NCBI GenBank assembly: GCA_002269645.1
Contig: NIVC01001279.1
Location: 248,001-312,000, forward strand
DNA length: 64,000 nt
Reading direction: 5' to 3'
Origin: Macrostomum lignano
Taxonomy: Eukaryota
Below the pieces are notes generated by a model, which saw only the letters and a program-made list of their open reading frames with translations, did no database searches and was not told the DNA's origin. Positions within the stretch are counted from its first letter, which is position 1. Each line of letters begins with the position of its first letter. Positions 61,593 to 64,000 of the stretch are shown piece after piece. The translations under genes and the position numbers were made by a program.

Positions 61593-64000
61593 TCTGTCGT
61601 TGAATGCGCTTCAAGCGTCGGTCGCTGTCGTATTAGTAATGTTTTCCTGGGCAAAGTGGAAACAATTGTAGGCTATTGTGTTAGGAAATTAGTTGGCAAC
61701 AAAGCCTTTTGTTTGGTCATGGCCTTCAAACACTGTCTGATAGTCGCTGCCTTTGGAGCGTGCTTTTCTGGCTGGAATTTGGAGTTAGAGAGCAAGTGCC
61801 TCAGGCCAGGGATTTTGATGTAGCCGAGCTTTTTCCCACTCTTCGTTTTTAACCTTATATTTCTGGCCTCTCGCCGTCTCCCGCTCGTGGTTAGGTCTGA
61901 TTGGCTTTCGCCAGTTTTTCTATGCTTTTCCTATTCCCATCTTTTTGTTGTGCTCTCGTAAATGTCCTTTTGATTTTGTGGGTTTTCTGACGAGTAAATG
62001 GATAAGAAAGCCAGCTCCCGGGAGATTTCTTATGGTCTTCTACGAGCTATATTTCTAGCTGTCATCAGGAATTCTAAGCTAGATGCAATAAGTGTGTTGC
62101 ATGTCAAAACCTCGGGTAATTTTTTTATTTTCCCACATTGGCGGCTGATAGCATGCAGAGCTTCGTGACAAAAATTCTTACTTCGCTTGCGTAAAGACAA
62201 CTTTATGTGGCACACTAACGAATCTAGCCAGTGTCCCTCGAAGTTCCCAGACCCAGTGTGGATATTCACAATATTTGATGATTTCTGACAGACTTGTCAC
62301 TGTTACACTGTAATTCTGGCTCCTGCGCTATCAGCTCTGCTCCCTGCCTGTCTGTCTTTCATCGGGTCACGCAAGCCTTGCATTCGAGAAGTTAAGGCAG
62401 CGGCTTTAACAATAGCCCTCAGAGCATTCCAGCTTCCGGTCTGAGAGACTTCTTTTAGCTCGTATTATTAAATTTTCAGTGCCCATAGTTGCGTATTTAT
62501 CATATAGAAATTTTCATCAATATTTAGTTTTTGCACTTAGTATCTAAAAAATGGAATGAGTTCATAATAGTGTGGCCACGCATATATAGAGCCCAATATA
62601 ACGGAGTTAGATCAACTAGCTTACTGTAAGTAAAAATATATTGTAGTCATGGAAATGTTACGAGCGTATCCTAGCTAATAGCACTGCTCAGCATTGGCTT
62701 AATTATTTCAAAAAGTCCTATCGTTTTTAACTTTTTTATGGCTTTGTCGATATCGAACGATAGAACGATATCGACTTTGTCGATGGGGTTTAATTATAAT
62801 TTTATTTCTTTGTAAGTCTTCATGGCTGCATGTCATATAAGGCTGAGTTGCAAAAATATCTATGCGAAATCTCTGTCACTCAGAGGCTAGTATCCTTTCA
62901 TGTCGCTTAAGAATGGTGACGGGTGTTAAAATCGATTTTTTTTATTTCACCGACCATATATTTTCGGCACCGGTGAGCAAGTAAGCTTTCTTTGACTGAT
63001 AGATTGTGTAAAGATGCATTAGATTCTGTCTTGGGAAATGACTGACTGAGCGTGCTTCGAGATATGTTAGCTCTTATTCCCCTTGCAATTCGAAGGCATT
63101 ATAATTAATATGAGTCAAAGCGAATGAGTAGCAGATGTTAGTTTATTTTTTGTATAGGGATACGAAACAAAACACTCCAAATCATTTAAATGCCGGATGT
63201 TTTGTTAAACGAAACGCTTGACAAGTTTTTTCACTTGTCAGGATAGCGCTTGACTAATTGTCACTTGTAACTTGTAGATTTGTCACAACTTCTCATGGAA
63301 CGCATTAGTTGGCGGAATGTCACTTGTCACCTGTAATTTGTCTGGCAAGTGGCTTCATGAGATCCACCCCAGCTATATAGAAAATTTAATAAATTTTTAA
63401 ATGCTATTGAAGAGTGTACAAAATATGACTTTTTCTTCAAGGATAAAAATCCAGATATCTAGTATGTTTTCTACAATAGTTCAAATTAACTTTACATCCT
63501 TCTTTAACGAAGACAGTTGCTTTTTCTGTTATTTTTCCGGACCGACTAGTTGCGTGTCTTAACAATATTTTGATTCCTGCTTTGTAGAGCTGCGTTACAA
63601 AGTATTGATTTATGGTTTTATTTCCGTTTCCGTTTCGCCACATTTGATCTGCGACGATGTGAAAGTTTATCTACCTTTATTATGCGAATGTAGCTAGACG
63701 AATCTAATTAGTTTATTTATTTAGTTGCCTTTATCTTACGCTCCCATATCACTCAAAGACATGCGAAAGGTAATCTTGTAAATTCCCCCATATGCGTGTG
63801 TGTTTTGGGTAAAGCAAAGCTGTGTAGCCGAACTTCGGCCCCTTTGTATAGTCCGATGTCTGGGGTTTTGTGTAAACACTTGAGTCGCTGCAGGGACTAT
63901 CGCTATGTTTTATGAATATTTTGCTGCAATACCGCACTGTATGCATTTTTTATCCACAGTAAATGTATCAGAGGATTTCGTATAGATATTAGCACAAATT

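Overview
Eukaryotic (metazoan) genomic DNA: GC-rich, Gln-rich coding islands, GT-AG introns, rhodopsin-class GPCRs and abundant micro/minisatellites. The style suggests a free-living flatworm such as Macrostomum, which is inference only. Positions 1-38074 form one giant inverted duplication centred on a 31-nt spacer (19974-20004); the left arm runs off the window start. The inner ~3.9 kb of each arm looks identical and carries an intronless divergent GPCR, an internally deleted Ty3/Gypsy element and a tRNA-derived CORE-like SINE. Outside two ~1-kb (TATC)n arrays the arms diverge, with substitutions, indels, a 1.24-kb insertion/deletion and different tandem-repeat copy numbers. Comparing the arms exposes small-scale events: a TA to TA-CGAGCG-TA insertion matching a motif found at five independent sites (likely Tc1/mariner excision scars), a minisatellite inserted with an 11-bp target-site-like duplication, a VNTR that changes a reading frame, and independent satellite expansions. 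The rest of the window holds a 6-kb block of simple repeats, a six-exon SEC14/spectrin-repeat gene (~1022 aa, no DH-PH module seen), several small transposon relics, an AT-rich block and an intronless Tre1/moody/melatonin-type GPCR. The palindrome could be real or an assembly fold-back joining two haplotypes; the sequence alone cannot decide this.
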